From a virus (lineage: Duplodnaviria > Caudoviricetes): a DNA stretch of 25,873 bases. The stretch's first letter is position 1, and each line of letters begins with the position of its first letter. The notes below the pieces were generated by a model. It saw only the letters and a list, made by a program, of their open reading frames with translations. It was not told the origin of the DNA and did no database searches. A program made the position numbers and the translations under genes. The stretch covers positions 1 to 25,873 of the IMG/VR virus record IMGVR_UViG_3300044798_000623; one strand, 5' to 3'. Below are positions 22,338 through 25,873 of this stretch, in pieces.

Positions 22338-24460
22338 AGTTCGTTAGAAAACGCGATGGTAAACTAGAACCCTTTGATCAAGAACGTATAACAACTGCCA
22401 TTTGGAAAGCCGCCAAAGCTGTGGGCGGAAAAGACCGTGAGCAGGCAAAGCGAGTAAGCGACGCGGTGATGGCTGAGCTCAAGAACCGATTCGGCGAAGA
22501 CGGCGTGCCCACAGTCGAGGAAATTCAAGACATAGTTGAAAAAATGCTCATAGAAAACGGTCATGCGCAAACGGCTAAGGCGTACATTCTTTACAGGAAG
22601 CAGCATCAGGACATGCGTGAGTTAGCTGCTCTCTTAAGCTCTGCGGACCTTGTGGATCAGTACTTGGAGGTTGAGGATTGGCGGGTTAAAGAGAACTCTA
22701 ACATGAGCTATTCGTTGCAGGGTTTGAACAATTACCTTTCGTCCACGGTCATCGCTAAGTACTGGATAACGCGGATTTACCCGTCGAGCATTGCTGAGGC
22801 GCACTTTTCAGGAGACATACACATTCACGACTTGGGAGTTTTGGGTCCATACTGCGTCGGCTGGGACGTAGCCGACTTGTTGCTTTCAGGGTTCGGCGGC
22901 GTCTCCGGCAAGATTGAGAGCAAGCCTGCGAAGCACTTCAGAACAGCCTTAGGCCAAGTGGTTAACTTCTTCTATACGCTTCAGGGCGAGGCGGCGGGTG
23001 CGCAGGCGTTCAGCAACTTTGACACTTACTTGGCGCCGTTCATACGCTATGACCACTTAAGCCAGAAGGAAGTGGCGCAGTCTCTGCAGGAGTTCTTTTT
23101 CAACATGAACGTGCCTACTCGCGTGGGTTTCCAGACGCCGTTTACCAATTTGACTTTGGACTTGACGGTTCCGGAGTTCATGAAGGATGAGGCTGTTCTC
23201 TTCAACGGGAAAGTCACTGAGGACACGTATGGCGACATGGCCGCGGAGATGGAGATGTTCAATCTGGCTTTTGCGGAAGTGATGCGTCAAGGCGACTCTA
23301 AGGGACGGGTTTTCACTTTTCCGATACCCACGTACAACATTACTAAGGATTTCGCTTGGGACTCGCCTGTTGCCCGTGAGCTTTTTGAAGTGACCGCCAA
23401 GTACGGTGTGCCCTACTTTTCCAACTTCGTGAACAGTGACATGAAGCCTGAGGACGTGCGGAGCATGTGCTGCCGTTTGAGAATAGATAACCGCGAGCTG
23501 CGCAAGCGGGGCGGCGGCTTCTTCGGCGCTAATCCCCTCACGGGTTCGATAGGCGTGGTTACGTTGAACATGCCGCGGATCGGCTACTTATCCAAGGATG
23601 AGGCTGAATTCTTCCAGCGTTTGGAGAGCGTTATGGAAGTAGCCAAAACCAGCTTGGAGATAAAGCGTAAGGCACTTGAGGCATTCACGGAGAACGGCTT
23701 GTACCCGTACTCTCGGCGCTACTTGCGCAATGTTAAGGAAGGCTATGACAAGTACTGGAAGAATCACTTTTCAACCATAGGCTTGGTGGGTCTCAACGAG
23801 GCCGTTGTGAATCTTTTGGGCGTGAACATTGCGTCGCGGGATGGGAAGGATTTCGCGGTGAAAGTGCTTAGTTTCATGCGTGAGCGGCTGGCGGACTTCC
23901 AGGAGGAAACAGGCGACATCTACAATTTGGAGGCGACGCCTGCTGAGGGGACGTCTTACAGGCTTGCACGATGTGACAAGCGTCGATACCCCGAGATTGC
24001 GGTGGCTAACCAACGGCAAGTCCTGTCGCAGCATGCGGAGCCGTTCTACACTAATTCTTCGCAGTTGCCCGTGGACTACGAGGGCGACCTGTTCGAGGCG
24101 TTAGAGCATCAGGAAAACTTGCAGACGCTTTACACTGGCGGCACAGTCTTCCACATTTTCCTCGGCGAAAGGCTTCACTCTTGGGAGTCAGCGGCTGAAC
24201 TCATCAAGAAGGTTTCTTGGAACTCGCGTTTGCCTTATTTCACTCTGACGCCGACGTTCAGCGTATGCTCCACACACGGCTACACGAGCGGCGAACACAA
24301 GCAGTGTCCAGTCTGCGGAGCGCAATGCGAGGTTTACTCTCGCGTAGTCGGCTATCTTCGGCCTGTGGACCAGTGGAACGACGGGAAACAGGCGGAGTTT
24401 GCCATTCGCAGAACCTTTGACAAGTCCGTGGTCATGGCCGCCGTGCCAATGTCCGCTTGA
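22334..24460 (+). CDS. nrdD: anaerobic (class III) ribonucleoside-triphosphate reductase
   Basis: ATP-cone, HIHDL, SMCCRL, TPAEG, C-terminal Zn ribbon and glycyl-radical loop YSRVVGYL. Confidence 0.97.
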   Translation: MKFVRKRDGKLEPFDQERITTAIWKAAKAVGGKDREQAKRVSDAVMAELKNRFGEDGVPTVEEIQDIVEKMLIENGHAQTAKAYILYRKQHQDMRELAALLSSADLVDQYLEVEDWRVKENSNMSYSLQGLNNYLSSTVIAKYWITRIYPSSIAEAHFSGDIHIHDLGVLGPYCVGWDVADLLLSGFGGVSGKIESKPAKHFRTALGQVVNFFYTLQGEAAGAQAFSNFDTYLAPFIRYDHLSQKEVAQSLQEFFFNMNVPTRVGFQTPFTNLTLDLTVPEFMKDEAVLFNGKVTEDTYGDMAAEMEMFNLAFAEVMRQGDSKGRVFTFPIPTYNITKDFAWDSPVARELFEVTAKYGVPYFSNFVNSDMKPEDVRSMCCRLRIDNRELRKRGGGFFGANPLTGSIGVVTLNMPRIGYLSKDEAEFFQRLESVMEVAKTSLEIKRKALEAFTENGLYPYSRRYLRNVKEGYDKYWKNHFSTIGLVGLNEAVVNLLGVNIASRDGKDFAVKVLSFMRERLADFQEETGDIYNLEATPAEGTSYRLARCDKRRYPEIAVANQRQVLSQHAEPFYTNSSQLPVDYEGDLFEALEHQENLQTLYTGGTVFHIFLGERLHSWESAAELIKKVSWNSRLPYFTLTPTFSVCSTHGYTSGEHKQCPVCGAQCEVYSRVVGYLRPVDQWNDGKQAEFAIRRTFDKSVVMAAVPMSA

Positions 24461-24470
24461 AGTGACGCCG

Positions 24471-25148
24471 ATGAAGTTTAGCGGTCTCCAGAAAATCAGC
24501 CTCATCGACTACCCGAATAAGGTAGCGTCGGTGCTTTTCACGCCGGGCTGTAACCTGCGCTGTCCCTTCTGCCACAACTGGCGCATAGTCGTGGATCCGA
24601 AGCCGCCGTTTCTGCAGGAAGCCGCGGCGCTTGAAATCCTTGAAGGCCGCAAAAAATACGTGGACGCCGTAGTGGTGACTGGCGGAGAGCCGACCATGCA
24701 CAAGGAGCTACCGAGGTTCTTGGCTAAGCTGAAGGAGCGGGGCTTCCTGGTTAAGCTGGACACGAACGGGTTTTATCCCGAAGTGGTGGAAGAGTGCTTG
24801 CCCTACGTGGATTACGTGGCTATGGACGTGAAAACCTCACTGGAAAAATACACGCGCCTAGGCGCAAAGGACACGACTGGGCTGATGCGCACCGTTGAGA
24901 TCTTGAAGACTGGGAAAGTGGCGTACGAGTTCAGGACAACAGCTGTTCCAGAGCTCGTTGCGGCTGAGGATGTGACGTGCATAGGCGAAATCGTGAAGGG
25001 CGCAAAAACCCACGCGTTCCAACAATTCGTGCCGCAAGACACGCTCGACAAGCGCTTTGAAGGCTTGAAACCTTACGCGCCAGAAACCATCGCCGAATTC
25101 GCTGAAACCATGAAAAAATACACAGAAAACGTAATACTACGAGTCTAA
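24471..25148 (+). CDS. nrdG: anaerobic ribonucleotide reductase activating protein (radical SAM)
   Basis: GCNLRCPFCHN, TGGEP, LDTNG; start set at MKFSG (24471). Confidence 0.93.
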   Translation: MKFSGLQKISLIDYPNKVASVLFTPGCNLRCPFCHNWRIVVDPKPPFLQEAAALEILEGRKKYVDAVVVTGGEPTMHKELPRFLAKLKERGFLVKLDTNGFYPEVVEECLPYVDYVAMDVKTSLEKYTRLGAKDTTGLMRTVEILKTGKVAYEFRTTAVPELVAAEDVTCIGEIVKGAKTHAFQQFVPQDTLDKRFEGLKPYAPETIAEFAETMKKYTENVILRV

Positions 25149-25166
25149 AACGATAGGCGCGATAAA

Positions 25167-25745
25167 ATGAAAAGAATTGAAGTGGACATAATGCCAATTC
25201 TCGAAGGATCAATAATAGATTTTGAAACAACACATTGGGATGTGAAAAAAGGAGAACTGATCACTGCTGGTTTTCTGTCTAAAGAAGGAATCGTGATTCT
25301 TCAAAGATTAGAATTGACCGAAAATGAGTTCAAGAAAAGAGTAATTGAAGAAATTCAAACGAAAAGAAGACCGTGGCATGCTTTTAATAAAGAATTTGAG
25401 GAAAAGTTTTTGCCAATAGTGACAGACAAAGAATTGCAAAAAAATGAACGTGAATCAGCATTTGGGGCATTACTTGATGAAGGTCTTCTTGACCATTACG
25501 GTTTGCTATGTGATCCACTCTTTAACGAGGAAGTATGCAGATTTTGGGATGCTTGGAAAAAAACGAAAGATGTGGTTTTTGTCTCAAAAATTGTAAGACA
25601 CAATTATTGTTGCTTGGCAAAAGAATATTATCTTAAACTGAAGAGAATAGACAAATTCGATGTAAATGAGATTAAACCATTTCCGTCTTCTGCACAAATA
25701 GAGAAAAGGTATATCCGAAAACAACTTGGGCTTTTCGTGGAGTAA
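25167..25745 (+). CDS. RNase H-like / DEDD 3'-5' exonuclease-fold protein
   Basis: IIDFETT, AFN..F, HN..C motifs; noticeably more AT-rich than nrdDG. Confidence 0.55.
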   Translation: MKRIEVDIMPILEGSIIDFETTHWDVKKGELITAGFLSKEGIVILQRLELTENEFKKRVIEEIQTKRRPWHAFNKEFEEKFLPIVTDKELQKNERESAFGALLDEGLLDHYGLLCDPLFNEEVCRFWDAWKKTKDVVFVSKIVRHNYCCLAKEYYLKLKRIDKFDVNEIKPFPSSAQIEKRYIRKQLGLFVE

Positions 25746-25873
25746 GCAAAAGAGATATCGCCGTTTTCCGAACCATAAAGTTTAAGGGTTAAGGGTTTGT
25801 TTAGCTTTCGAGTATTCTGAAGGTTGAGGTTTGCGGTTTGAGCGTTAAAGGAGAAACCGTGGAAGAACGCAAG

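Noticed and set aside
24399-24470. N-terminal extension of nrdG in the ORF track
   Set aside because: Overlaps the nrdD end; ATG at 24471 gives the typical NrdG start

Overview
Archaeal window (lineage inferred, probably Bathyarchaeia-like, from the PEF-CTERM sorting signal, TATA/BRE-like promoters and the style of the small proteins) with four parts. (1) 1-2510: the apparent right end of a casposon-like element. It carries a solo cas1 (no cas2, no array in the window), a minimal HEXXH metallopeptidase gene, a GGGGA-starting candidate terminus, a 16-bp stem that hides the cas1 start codon, and a highly structured ~220-nt non-coding segment whose double-hairpin module is repeated upstream. (2) 2542-3363: two small host-type membrane protein genes. 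(3) 3540-19490: a ~16 kb siphovirus-type virion cluster (prohead protease, decoration protein, HK97-fold capsid, portal, fibres, connectors, tail tube, chaperone with an intact -1 frameshift site, a 180-aa mini tape measure, tail hub) bracketed by two ribbon-helix-helix genes. No terminase, integrase, replication or lysis gene is recognisable, so it is a candidate domesticated, gene-transfer-agent-like particle. Inside it sit a PEF-CTERM zinc phospholipase C/P1-nuclease gene and a free-standing LAGLIDADG endonuclease that has replaced the host gene's 3' end with a recoded copy and left the old end stranded behind it. (4) 19645-25745: host genes, including a sensor-less His kinase and response regulator, nrdR-nrdD-nrdG and a DEDD-like nuclease. 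All calls come from reading motifs by eye; no database searches were run.
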